Below are positions 1 to 9,398 of a DNA stretch of 43,388 nt, in pieces. The DNA comes from an uncultured Fibrobacterota bacterium (GTDB taxonomy: Bacteria; Fibrobacterota; Chitinivibrionia; Chitinivibrionales; FEN-1185), in the NCBI GenBank assembly GCA_963729895.1, contig CAVSQB010000034.1, positions 1 through 43,388 of the forward strand. The letters are read 5' to 3'. Each line of letters opens with the position of its first letter. Position 1 is the first letter of the stretch. Made by a program: the position numbers and the translations under genes. The notes beneath the pieces were generated by a model, which saw nothing but the letters and a program-made list of their open reading frames with translations, was not told the DNA's origin and did not search any database.

Positions 1-1638
1 TTCCGTGAGATAAGGTTATTAAAAACAAATTGACGGCGTTGACAAGAACGAATATGGTTGCTAAGGCTTCTTGATAAGTTGTTGCCGGGGTGATTCCACT
101 ATGATTTGCGCTTCTGACCCCATGGTTGACAAATACACTCAACGTGTCGGTGGCGACGTTTGTTTGGTTACGGGTCTATTTCCGTTTATTGCTCTCCTTA
201 GGTCAGCCATCCGTGGCGAACGCCAGATACGTTTGCGTCCACGCTATGCGGAGTTGATTCCGCCGCGACAGGGCAAGCATCAACCGGCGGGCATGCGTTA
301 TCACGCGTGCTGCTATGTACATAAGATCCTGAATGACCTTCCGCAATCTCCGGCGTGCAACTTTCTTACGCGGCACGTACCCCTTGTCGATTCCAACTTG
401 GCCGCAGAGCCGCAGCATGTTGAACGCAAGAACCGCCAACGTCAACACCAATGCGTTGGTCGTGAACTTCCCGCTGGGAAGCCGCTCCAGCGCCATATCA
501 CTCTTCAGCTCCGAGTGAAACTGCTCGCTGGTGCCATGATCCCGGTACGCTGCAATAACGTCGTCCGGGCCGGCGTTGCGTCTGCTCAGGCTCGTCCACC
601 ACGTGTGAACCTCTACATCCGGCAGCAGCAAGGCGTTTCCGTCGCGGTCGATTGTCCGTTCGATCACCTCGAACACAACGCGCATGTTTTCGCCGTTTCT
701 TTCCCGTATTGTCTCACCAACGTACACGGTCTTGCCTTCACGAGGATGACGCCAGTCACCGAGCGCTTGAGCATCCACGAGCCATTCGTCAATAGATTCC
801 CTGCGTATGTTCCGTTTGATTATGTAATCGACCTTTTCCTTGCGGCAGACTCGCATGTTTTCAATATCGTCATGTCCGGCATCAAGACGCACAAGGATCG
901 AACGATCCGTTATTTTTCGAGCAAGGGCTATGGTCTTGCGCAGAAACTCCGGAGTTCCTTCCTGGCAATGTTGTTTCCCTTCGCGCAACTCCGCGTTCAG
1001 CAGGTAGCCTTCCACGCCTATGTAGGCAAGCATCGGAGAATATCCCTCGAACAACTTGTACGTGCAGCTTACGCCTTCCTTATGAGAACCACTGTTGTCA
1101 AAAGGAGATACGTCAGCGTCAATCGGAATATACGGTCCAAAGCAGGCGGTGAGCCGTGGCGCTGCTTTTTTCAACAGGGACGCCGAAGCGGAAAGGACTG
1201 CGTTTTGAACGGTCAGGCCCGTTTCGTCCATTCGCTGCCGCAGTGTAGCCTCGGAAGGAACCGCTTTCAATCCAAGCATCTCCTGAAAATAGTCGTCTTC
1301 ACGAAACTGCTCGACCCCGTCAAAGTCTGGTTTGGCAAGACACAAAAGCCCCGTCATGGTCAGCAGCGCGTCCGCGGTGCTTATACTCCCGCTCTTCTTG
1401 TCCGGAGTAACCTGCGAAACACGCTCGCGCAAACCGGATCGCTCCGCAAGCATCCCGATCATTGCCATTCCACCATGGCTGGTCAGAAACTCGTCCGTCT
1501 CCGTGATTATCAACTTTCTCGGCTTTGGCATGACACCTTCCGGGTGAATAATGTGAACTGCCATTTAGTCAAGCACCATTCACCCTTAATCTACACGAAA
1601 AATCATCAAAATGCCAAAGTTTTTCTCACGGATTTAGG
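1..1638 (-). mobile_element. IS1380-family insertion sequence; left terminus cut about 5 nt short by the window edge
   Basis: The right end reads CCTAAATCCGTGAGAAAAA on the minus strand (1638 inward) and the window begins TTCCGTGAGATAA, the matching inverted repeat. CC terminus, about 1.64 kb and a single DDE transposase fit IS1380. Confidence 0.88.
203..1531 (-). CDS. IS1380-family DDE transposase
   Basis: Motifs LTSHGG, PSEATLRQR, IDADVSPFDNSGSHKEGVSCTYK, LVRLDAGHD and YRDHGTSEQFHSELKSD..ERLPSGKF. Start placed at MPKPRK (GAAGGTG upstream); the ORF extends to 1564. Confidence 0.93.
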   Translation of the reverse strand: MPKPRKLIITETDEFLTSHGGMAMIGMLAERSGLRERVSQVTPDKKSGSISTADALLTMTGLLCLAKPDFDGVEQFREDDYFQEMLGLKAVPSEATLRQRMDETGLTVQNAVLSASASLLKKAAPRLTACFGPYIPIDADVSPFDNSGSHKEGVSCTYKLFEGYSPMLAYIGVEGYLLNAELREGKQHCQEGTPEFLRKTIALARKITDRSILVRLDAGHDDIENMRVCRKEKVDYIIKRNIRRESIDEWLVDAQALGDWRHPREGKTVYVGETIRERNGENMRVVFEVIERTIDRDGNALLLPDVEVHTWWTSLSRRNAGPDDVIAAYRDHGTSEQFHSELKSDMALERLPSGKFTTNALVLTLAVLAFNMLRLCGQVGIDKGYVPRKKVARRRLRKVIQDLMYIAARVITHARRLMLALSRRNQLRIAWTQTYLAFATDG

Positions 1639-1662
1639 CATAATTAAGAACCATTGCTTCAT
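1639..1662 (-). pseudogene. 5' stub (MKQWFLIM) of a gene interrupted by IS1380
   Basis: GGAAAGGA RBS-like sequence followed by ATG AAG CAA TGG TTC TTA ATT ATG, which runs directly into the IS terminus; resembles a signal-peptide start. Confidence 0.55.
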
Positions 1663-1909
1663 AAGGTTTTCCTTTCCATGGCGGCCGGTAGGGCAGGGTG
1701 TGCCGGTATGTCCAGCTGGAATTTCGGCACCGGGATTTGAAACGAGCAAGAAAACAATTGCCAAAAAGCCGGGTAAAACATCCGGACGACACACATCAAC
1801 CATTCAACCACCCTCTGCAGAACGATAGGGGAATGATGGCCGAAGGTTTCGGAGTCGTACCAAGAAAATAATGAGAATCGGGTTCTAAGGCGAGTATTTT
1901 TTTTCCGAC

Positions 1910-1940
1910 AAAAAACCCCGGAAACCGTCTCCGGGGTTTT
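1910..1940 (-). terminator. Rho-independent terminator, probably bidirectional
   Basis: AAAACCCCGGA-AACCGTC-TCCGGGGTTTT hairpin with a T-run on the minus strand, 25 nt past the stop of the 1965..3005 gene. Confidence 0.85.
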
Positions 1941-1964
1941 GCATTGAGAGAATGGAGGAGCAGC

Positions 1965-3005
1965 CTACCTGATTTGTTCGAGCTTTGTCACACTGCTTAC
2001 ATTTCCTTGCGCCATTCGCAAAAAGTAAATTCCCTTCTTCAGGCCGGCTTCGTTCAGCGCAACCGAATGCCTCCCCGCCGCCAGGCTCCTGTCCAGAACG
2101 GTCAACAGTTCCCTGCCAAGGCAGTCGTATAGAGAAATCTTCGTTTTCCCCGCGCCAGGGACGGTAAACCTGATGATTCCACGGTCTATTGACAGATTAG
2201 ACTGCGGGTTGTCCGGTGCTTTTGACGTCGGCAGTTCGATTCCGGTGGAGAACTGGCCGGAATCTGCAGCGATATAGAGAAAGTCCTGGTTGAGATGCCA
2301 CGACTCGTTTTGGAATTGCATCACTTGCACACCGGAATCGAGTTGTATAGAAGCAAAATCGCTGTACTGAAACCAAGCATGATAACTCGCAGGCATCCCG
2401 GTGTCCACAACTGTAGGTGTGCTCACGGTGGCGGTGCCATTCATGAAATTGATGTGAAACTGAATGGGAGGCGCATCCGTGGCCCAGATCGAACTGATCC
2501 AATATTTTCCCGCTTTTGGAACATGAATTGTGTACTTTGTCATGCCGTCCGGATGACTGGCGCCTATATACCAATCGAATGCGTTTGTGTCGGCCGGATT
2601 CGGATACCGTACTCCGTTGGGCCACTTAACACCCGCCGCGTAGAACGTGTCGGGAGTATGGTCATCGGTGGTATGATTCGTTTTCCACATAGCCGGCCAC
2701 ACATTGCAGCTGTCGATGGGAATGCCCGGAATGCTGCCGTCCCTGCCGCCGGCAGTGCTTCCGACCGCCGTACCGGCCACGTCGTCCTGGATAAAAGTGA
2801 CCCCATTCGGGCTCCCTTGGGACGGTGAAACATAGTCGTAGTCGTGAAAATTGATTCTCCCCGGAATCTCGTGCGGCGCGCTGCCCGGAGGATAAGGCTT
2901 GCCTTTGTATCCTGTAGGAATTACCGCGTTGACAAGCGATACGAAAAGAACCCCTGCGGCCAAGGCGGCCACAAAACACCTCGAAGAACGGCATGCATTG
3001 ACCAT
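1965..3005 (-). CDS. Secreted CBM6/CBM35-like carbohydrate-binding protein with T9SS-like C-terminal domain
   Basis: Signal peptide; YKGKPY..IPGRINFHDYD and KYTIHVPKAGKY..IQLDSGVQVMQF resemble CBM6-like jelly rolls; C-terminal ISLYDCLGREL..GIYFLRM domain. No catalytic domain recognised. Confidence 0.65.
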   Translation of the reverse strand: MVNACRSSRCFVAALAAGVLFVSLVNAVIPTGYKGKPYPPGSAPHEIPGRINFHDYDYVSPSQGSPNGVTFIQDDVAGTAVGSTAGGRDGSIPGIPIDSCNVWPAMWKTNHTTDDHTPDTFYAAGVKWPNGVRYPNPADTNAFDWYIGASHPDGMTKYTIHVPKAGKYWISSIWATDAPPIQFHINFMNGTATVSTPTVVDTGMPASYHAWFQYSDFASIQLDSGVQVMQFQNESWHLNQDFLYIAADSGQFSTGIELPTSKAPDNPQSNLSIDRGIIRFTVPGAGKTKISLYDCLGRELLTVLDRSLAAGRHSVALNEAGLKKGIYFLRMAQGNVSSVTKLEQIR

Positions 3006-3379
3006 TCGATTCCCCCCTCGGAATGAAGTACCGAACTTCCCTCTCGGAGATTTACTCCTCTTTTCCTATGCTTAATATAATGTGAAACCAGCCCGGAACT
3101 TGGATTTTTTTGCTTCGATCCGGTTTGCGAACTTGCTACGTCCGGCCTGCATCAAGGACCGGAAAAACATGACTCATTTGGATCCGCCTATCATGATAAC
3201 GATTCCATCAACCAGGGAGTTTGTGGGGAAATTTCCAGCCCACCGGGGGCGTGGACGTGGAATGGACAAAGGACGAGATTTGTGAGAAACACGAGGCTTC
3301 TTGTCAGCGTGCTTCAGGCGAGGCGGAAATAAATAGTGGTTCCCTTGTCCTTTTCGCTTTCAGCCCAGACCACGCCTTG

Positions 3380-5623
3380 TTACGGAAATTCAAGGACGCT
3401 TGACGATGCGACGCCGCCCAGATCATTGATGACGTGCGTAATTTCTCCGCCGCCCAATTTCTCGGTCACCATGTGGTGCATTTTGATTCCCTGGACATTG
3501 GATGGCACTTCCAGTGCATCGACCGACGTGACATTATTCCTGAATACGGAATACACGCCGAGCCCCCAGGCTTCGTGGATTGCAACCCCGTCGGACACCT
3601 TGTACGACGGATAGCCGTCGATGGTCCCTCGCATCCAGCTCGGCTGGTCAGGCGGGTCGTAGGGCATTTCCGATTGATAAAAGAAAGTCCTTCCGTTGTT
3701 GCCGTTCCACCACGTCTGGTACTGCTGCGTGTGTTCGACGAACAGCCCGTATACCGTGACGTTGTTGCCGTTCACGATCAGCCCGTTGGCGTTCAAATTC
3801 GAGTTCCATCCTGCGCCCGCGCCGTGGTCCGCGCGCCACAGCCACGTGTGATCGAAAATGACGTCGTTGCTGTTGATCTTGACAAAGCATGCGGCCAGGC
3901 CGTTGTATTGGCCGCCCGCCCTGCAGAAAATGTCGTAGAGGCAGGTCGGGTTTTTCGAGTGGTCGACCGTGGAGCCGGAATCGCCGACCTCCAGAAGGAC
4001 CGGCGAGTTTTGGGCGGCGCCTTCGAACAGCAAGCCGGCGATTCTTGCGCCGTCAACGTCCGAGACTTTCATGGCGACGTTGCCGTTTGCGGGAGCAAGC
4101 GTGGGAAACCCGATGCCCAGAACCACCGTGCCCGGACGCGTGACATTCACCGTGCTTTCCAGAGAGTAATGCCCCGGAGTAAACAGGATGTTTTTGCCCC
4201 GGCTCAGGGCGGCGTTAATGCTGGAAGCGTTGTCCGTTGACGTCGTGACGTAGAACAGGTCTATCGGCAGCTGGGTTCCGACCGTTGCGCCGTTGTCCCA
4301 GGAAACTCCCGCCGTGCTGTCCCGGCGCAGATCGGGGACCAGAACGAAGTAGTTACCGTTCTTGTCAATTGCAAGGAACGGCTTCTCCGCGATGACGGGA
4401 GTTTTTGACACCACGGTGCGGCTCACCTGCGTCGATGACGTTGGCCCTCCCGGGCACCCGACAAATGTGTAGTTCCAGCCGCCGCCGCCCCAACCGTTGA
4501 AATCGTCGTTTCTCGAAAAGTACTGCTGTTGCGAGCCCGGGTTCACCGTGCCGTCTACCTTGCTGTCTGCGATGAAGCCGCCGCTTGACCAGCCGCCGTC
4601 GGAGAGCGCCAGATTTCCCTGAATATGCATGCGACGGATCGGCGCGGCCTGGGAAGCGGCCCACGTGTTGGTGCCGCCCGAGGGGGTCACGCAGATGCCG
4701 GCGCACGCCTTCCAGAACGTGCAGGTGGCATTATCCCCCATCCATGCGGCCGACGATTCCACCTGCCCCGCAATCCGGACGCTGTCCGGCGTCAGGCCGA
4801 GTCCCAGCGCCTCGGTGTAAAAACCTACGTTGACGTCAAGGCTGTACGATCCGGGTTTGAACAGCCATGCATATCTGCCTGAACCGAACTGCGCGCCTTG
4901 TTGGGGGCCCGATATTGCGTCAAGTTGACTTTGCATAGTCGAGGTGCTCGTCGAGGGATCGAAGACAAGAACGTTGGGGCCGAAATCCGGTGCGGCGCCT
5001 GCTGCGGCCATGGTGATGTTCACCACTCCGGTTGAGACCGTCAACTGCTCCAGATGCGATGCATACCCGAGTTTGGTCGCCTGGAGCCAGTCGGAGAATG
5101 CCGCAGTCTTTGCAGATAAGGTGCGGCTGCCGGTAAAGGAATCGCCGAAAATGAGAGACGCGCTTGTGCTCGAGGGGATGATTTTATACGTCGAAACCGT
5201 TTTCCCGCAGCTGATCTTCATCACGTACATCGCAGTTCCATGATTCCTGAACGTAAACGGGACCTCGTTGATGCCAAGGGCCAGGCGGCCGCTAAAAACC
5301 GTGGCGACCGTTGCGCCGCGCAGATCAAAGAGTTTCACGGAAACCGTTGCGGGCGAAGAAGTGTGGAAGGTAAACACGCCGTTTGCGTACCGTATGGCGT
5401 CGGGTGCCGCACGGTTTGCAACCGCCACTATTGTGGGGTCGACTCCGGACAACGAATAGGCTCCGTTTGCATCGGAAGTGTCCGCCATCTGGGAAGCGAT
5501 GAGCCTGACAATCACGCCTTGCAGTGGCTGTCCGCTGCTGTTGGAAACCGTGCCGGAAATCGAAACGGTCTGGGCGGAAATGAACGAAACCGCGCACATC
5601 AGAACCAGCAGATTCATTTTCAT
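3380..5623 (-). CDS. Secreted GH55 exo-beta-1,3-glucanase (Streptomyces SacteLam55A type)
   Basis: PDFGPNVLVFDP..QFGSGRYAWLFKPG..GFYTEALGLG, WAASQAAPIRR, WLWRADHG and YQSEMPYDPP (catalytic E-x-x-Y). Start MKMNLL follows a GGAGG RBS; the ORF extends to 5719. Confidence 0.85.
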   Translation of the reverse strand: MKMNLLVLMCAVSFISAQTVSISGTVSNSSGQPLQGVIVRLIASQMADTSDANGAYSLSGVDPTIVAVANRAAPDAIRYANGVFTFHTSSPATVSVKLFDLRGATVATVFSGRLALGINEVPFTFRNHGTAMYVMKISCGKTVSTYKIIPSSTSASLIFGDSFTGSRTLSAKTAAFSDWLQATKLGYASHLEQLTVSTGVVNITMAAAGAAPDFGPNVLVFDPSTSTSTMQSQLDAISGPQQGAQFGSGRYAWLFKPGSYSLDVNVGFYTEALGLGLTPDSVRIAGQVESSAAWMGDNATCTFWKACAGICVTPSGGTNTWAASQAAPIRRMHIQGNLALSDGGWSSGGFIADSKVDGTVNPGSQQQYFSRNDDFNGWGGGGWNYTFVGCPGGPTSSTQVSRTVVSKTPVIAEKPFLAIDKNGNYFVLVPDLRRDSTAGVSWDNGATVGTQLPIDLFYVTTSTDNASSINAALSRGKNILFTPGHYSLESTVNVTRPGTVVLGIGFPTLAPANGNVAMKVSDVDGARIAGLLFEGAAQNSPVLLEVGDSGSTVDHSKNPTCLYDIFCRAGGQYNGLAACFVKINSNDVIFDHTWLWRADHGAGAGWNSNLNANGLIVNGNNVTVYGLFVEHTQQYQTWWNGNNGRTFFYQSEMPYDPPDQPSWMRGTIDGYPSYKVSDGVAIHEAWGLGVYSVFRNNVTSVDALEVPSNVQGIKMHHMVTEKLGGGEITHVINDLGGVASSSVLEFP

Positions 5624-5625
5624 GA

Positions 5626-5635
5626 GGGGGGGGGG
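5626..5635. repeat. G10/C10 homopolymer between the Shine-Dalgarno and start codon of the GH55 gene
   Basis: Minus strand reads GGAGG-CCCCCCCCCC-TC-ATG. Confidence 0.9.
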
Positions 5636-5984
5636 CCTCCGGAAAGAATGTTGTTTCGCTCTATCATGCAATGCCGCGCTGCCGCGGCGAGGCTGATCTT
5701 TCGCTCTTTCTGTTTCCATTAAGCGAATAAGCGTCTATTCGGCAAGAACCACTTGGCATGTCCTGCGTCACACGGATAACTGATATAAAGAATCGGTTGC
5801 GGCTCAGGACAACAGTTCTCTTGGAATGACTTTCAGATGATCAATATAAGGATAAAAAATAGGGGAATGGGTGTTTTGTTTGAGGTGATTGAAAGAAACT
5901 GCGAACGCCGTCATATGTAATAGCATGATATACAATAACTTAAAATTTACGGTATTTGGAGAACACAAAATTTACGCGAACACG

Positions 5985-7157
5985 TCAAAGGTTCCGCGGC
6001 TTTTTCTTCTGTAAACGTCGTACGGCCAGCAGCCCCGAAAATCCGACGGCCAGCAGCCCGCCCACGGACATTACGCCCGCATTTGCCGCGGAAGGCAGCA
6101 GGAAGAGGGAACACGCGCCGCATGCGGGCCCCAGAAACAACCCTGCACCGATCATTGCCTCGTGCAACCCGCCGTGCGCACCGCGCTCTTCGGAAACATT
6201 CATGGAATAATAGAGTGACGAGTAATAGATGAGTCCTACCGACAGCCCGAACCCGACCTGTGCCGCCAGGAGCATCCGCACCGACGGCGCAAGGACGATC
6301 CCCACAAAACTTGCCGCCATGAGGGCAAACGATGCGGCGAGAAACCGGAACCGGTAATGCCACCACGTAAAGCGCCACAGAAGAACGAACGCGGCAAGGC
6401 GAGCGAACATCCATGCGGAACACGCAATGCCTGCCTCGCCCGTGGAAAGTCCGAGCTTGCCGGATAGAGACGGAATGAGAGGAATCACCGTGTTGATCGC
6501 TACGTACGATAGAGGATTCGAAAGCCACGCCATGTGCAGGAATTCGCGGGCCCCGGCGGGAACCGTGTGCACCGTCGCCGGCAACGGCGTTTCGGGATGC
6601 CCGCTTTCCCGGCGCGCCAGCCGCACGGCCAGGGGTGTGAGCGGCAGTTGCAGCGCCACGATGCAAAGAGGGAGCACAAACAGGCTTTGCATTCCGAGAC
6701 GTTCCAGGAGCATGCCTGCAGAAAAGTACGCAGCCGCTCCGCCGAACGCCCAGGTGATATTGTAGAGGCCGACCATGTCCGACAAGTTGACAGACGCGCC
6801 TTCGCTTACGAGCGCTTCCAGCGCGGGCCACACAAAGCAAACGGAAACCGTCCACCCTCCGAACGCAACCACCTGTCCAGGCGCGGAACGCAGGACGAGG
6901 CCGGTGATCATCGACAAGCCCATGCCGCAGAATCCTACATACAGCGACCGGACGCACCCGTGGCGCTGGGCAAACTCACCGCCTTTCCAGGCAGCAACCG
7001 TGTACACCAGCCCGTTAAAGGCGGCCAGCAGGAGGTTTTCCATCTCGCCGAACCCGAAGCGGTTCCTCATGTAGAAGAACAGAAAATTCGAATAATAAAC
7101 CGCTGCGTAGCAATTGAGCAGTTCAATGATGAAATAGACGGCTTTTGAAGGGGTCAT
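5985..7157 (-). CDS. MFS transporter
   Basis: 390 aa with about 12 hydrophobic segments in two halves and MFS-like loop motifs (GGEFAQRHG, ERGAHGGLHEAMIGAG). Confidence 0.85.
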   Translation of the reverse strand: MTPSKAVYFIIELLNCYAAVYYSNFLFFYMRNRFGFGEMENLLLAAFNGLVYTVAAWKGGEFAQRHGCVRSLYVGFCGMGLSMITGLVLRSAPGQVVAFGGWTVSVCFVWPALEALVSEGASVNLSDMVGLYNITWAFGGAAAYFSAGMLLERLGMQSLFVLPLCIVALQLPLTPLAVRLARRESGHPETPLPATVHTVPAGAREFLHMAWLSNPLSYVAINTVIPLIPSLSGKLGLSTGEAGIACSAWMFARLAAFVLLWRFTWWHYRFRFLAASFALMAASFVGIVLAPSVRMLLAAQVGFGLSVGLIYYSSLYYSMNVSEERGAHGGLHEAMIGAGLFLGPACGACSLFLLPSAANAGVMSVGGLLAVGFSGLLAVRRLQKKKPRNL

Positions 7158-7209
7158 GTGGCGCAGATTCCAGGATTGAGACGGTTTGTAATATACGAAA
7201 TATCAATAG

Positions 7210-7692
7210 TCAAATGCATTTGGACGGCTGATCCGGATCATTAGAAATTACTATACCTCCGGATAGCAGTGCCGGGTGCGCCCGGGCACCTCCCTTGAAC
7301 AACCCCAAACACCTGCTGGGGGCACCCACGGGGTGCAGTTGAGAAGGCCGAAAAAAAGATTCCGGTTTGCGAGTTGATAAGCCCGTTTTCATGCATTTGC
7401 ATCTTGCATAGCGGAAGTTGACAATGTGGCAACTATCTTTTGTCCAGCGCCAGGCTGGACCGCCGGACGCGCGAGAGCGCGGTGCCGGCCGACTCTCGCC
7501 GCAGGCGTACAGGGCGGTCCGGCACCGAGGCCACAGGTCGAGCCCAGAGGGAGAGCCGCCGCCTTTGTAGAGACGCACGGCCGCGCGTCTCTACAAAGGC
7601 GGGGCGCCCAAATTTCTATTTTGAAATTCGCCGCACACGCTCAGCACACAAAGATATTATCTTGATATTAGCCAAACACGTTCAGCAATCCA
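7210..7692 (-). repeat. Composite modular repeat (MITE-like), inverted homologue of 35435..35843; contains a GTAG-type REP at 7567..7594
   Basis: Ends TCAAATGCATTTGGACGGCTGATCCGG and CGTTCAGCAATCCA; shares CTGGACAAAAGATAGTTGCCA..TATGCAAGATGCAAATGCATGA with 35637..35696; embedded GTAGAGACGCACGGCCGCGCGTCTCTAC. Confidence 0.85.
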
Positions 7693-7889
7693 GCACACTC
7701 TTAACAGCAATGAGTTATCATTTCTGCGTGAATTCTCGCTCCTAATTTCCCTAACATCACCGTATCATCATCTACAACAATACCGGTTTCCCTGAATTCT
7801 GAAGTATCTTTTCGGGGCCGGCGTGGTTGTATGCTGACCTGGACCACCCGTTTGGAGCAGATTGTCAAAATAGACAAAAGGGAGTATTC

Positions 7890-9068
7890 GTGAAATACCG
7901 GAACATGGGATCGTTGCCGTGGCAGGTGTCCGCGCTCGGGTTCGGGTGCATGCGCCTGCCGACCCGGGGCGTGCTCAAGCGCGTTGACGAAAAAACCGCC
8001 ATCGGCATCCTGAGGTACGGCATAGACCGCGGCATCAATTACGTGGACACGGCCTGGCTGTACCACATGGGACACAGCGAACGCGTGCTCGGGCTGGCGC
8101 TCAAGGACGGCTACCGCGACAAGGTCCACATTGCCACGAAACTGCCCATGATTCTTGTCAGAAGCGAAGACGCTTTCGACAAGTACCTCAACCAGCAATT
8201 GGTTCGCCTGCAGACGGACTGCATCGACCTGTATCTGTTCCACATGCTCGACCAGGGCCAGTTTGCCAAGGTCAAACGGTTCGATCTTCTGGACAAAATG
8301 GAGCGCGCGCGCAGCCGGGGCAAGATCCGGCACGTTGGGTTTTCCTTCCACGATACGCTTCCCACGTTCAAGGAGATCGTCGATGCTTTCACGTGGGATA
8401 TGGTGCAGATTCAATACAACTACATGGATACGGGAATTCAGGCCACAACCGACGGTCTTCGCTATGCGCACGGCAAGGGAATAGCGGCGGTAATAATGGA
8501 ACCGGTCAAGGGCGGCCAGCTTGCGCATCCGCCCAAGGAGGCGATGGCCGTGATTTCGGGTGCGGCGGCGTCGCGCACGCCGGTTGACTGGGCGCTGCAG
8601 TTCCTCTGGAACCGGCCCGAAATCGCCTGCGTGCTCAGCGGCATGGGAAGCAGGAAAATGGTTGAAGAGAACTGCGCGAGCGCTGACGCTTCCGGAATCG
8701 GGGCTCTGTCTGCGGAGGAAAACAGGGTAATCGAGGAACTCGCGGATGTCTACCGACGGAAGATCGTGGTGCCGTGCACCGCGTGCGGGTACTGTATGCC
8801 ATGCCCGTCCGGCGTCGACATTCCGCAGAATTTCGCGCTGCTCAACAATAAATCAATTGGAAGATCGGGCGCGTTTCAGGGTAGAATTGTCCAGTGGATG
8901 ATAGGCCGCAATTACCGCAAACTTGCGAAAAACAAGAAAGGGCTTGCGTCGAAACCGAACCGGGGACGGGCGTCGCTGTGCACACGCTGCAACGCATGCG
9001 TTCCCAAGTGTCCGCAGCACATCCGGATTCCGGATGAATTGGAGAAGGTCAAGGCTTCGTTCGAATGA
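7890..9068 (+). CDS. Aldo/keto reductase with C-terminal 4Fe-4S dicluster domain
   Basis: VSALGFGCMRLP, GINYVDTAWLYH, LQTDCIDLYLFH, then CTACGYCMPCP and CTRCNACVPKCP. GTG start after GGAG. Confidence 0.93.
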   Translation: MKYRNMGSLPWQVSALGFGCMRLPTRGVLKRVDEKTAIGILRYGIDRGINYVDTAWLYHMGHSERVLGLALKDGYRDKVHIATKLPMILVRSEDAFDKYLNQQLVRLQTDCIDLYLFHMLDQGQFAKVKRFDLLDKMERARSRGKIRHVGFSFHDTLPTFKEIVDAFTWDMVQIQYNYMDTGIQATTDGLRYAHGKGIAAVIMEPVKGGQLAHPPKEAMAVISGAAASRTPVDWALQFLWNRPEIACVLSGMGSRKMVEENCASADASGIGALSAEENRVIEELADVYRRKIVVPCTACGYCMPCPSGVDIPQNFALLNNKSIGRSGAFQGRIVQWMIGRNYRKLAKNKKGLASKPNRGRASLCTRCNACVPKCPQHIRIPDELEKVKASFE

Positions 9069-9085
9069 ACCGGAACTATGAATAA

Positions 9086-9340
9086 TCAAATGCATGTGGC
9101 TGGCTGGGCCGGAGCGGCGAATATCAAATACGATTTTGGTTCGCTGAGCCCCTGCGGCGTGAGTGTGCCCGTTGCGAGCCCGAACCGCCCGCTGCGCGCA
9201 CCGTAACGGCACCCGATTATGAAGTTCTCAACCGAACTAATTTGTACACTTTTCAACCATCTAATTCGATCCGTCTTGACAATTGTGGATATTGCCTTCT
9301 GCCAAGGGCCAGGCCGAACCGTAACGCGTGCCGGAGCACG
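9086..9340 (+). repeat. Composite modular repeat, direct homologue of 41175..41380
   Basis: Shares TGCGCGCACCGTAACGGCACCCG and TTCTCAACCGAACTAA..TTGACAATTGT.GATATTGCCTTCTGCCAAG with 41175..41345. Confidence 0.85.
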
Positions 9341-9398
9341 GAACTTCCTGATCTCTAGCCGAAGGCGGTAGGAACAACTAATCATACAGAAGGGTTAT

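Noticed and set aside
71..1828. 585-aa plus-strand ORF
   Set aside because: Antisense shadow of the IS1380 transposase that crosses the IS boundary; no recognisable motifs.
7418..7440. TTGACA motifs beside the repeat core (also near 9276 and 41314) as outward or inward promoters
   Set aside because: No -10 hexamer at 16-18 nt spacing.
7210..7745. Small ORFs within repeat regions (also 9086..9385, 35462..35722, 41226..41558) that resemble each other
   Set aside because: Similarity derives from the non-coding repeat; frames and starts are not conserved between copies.
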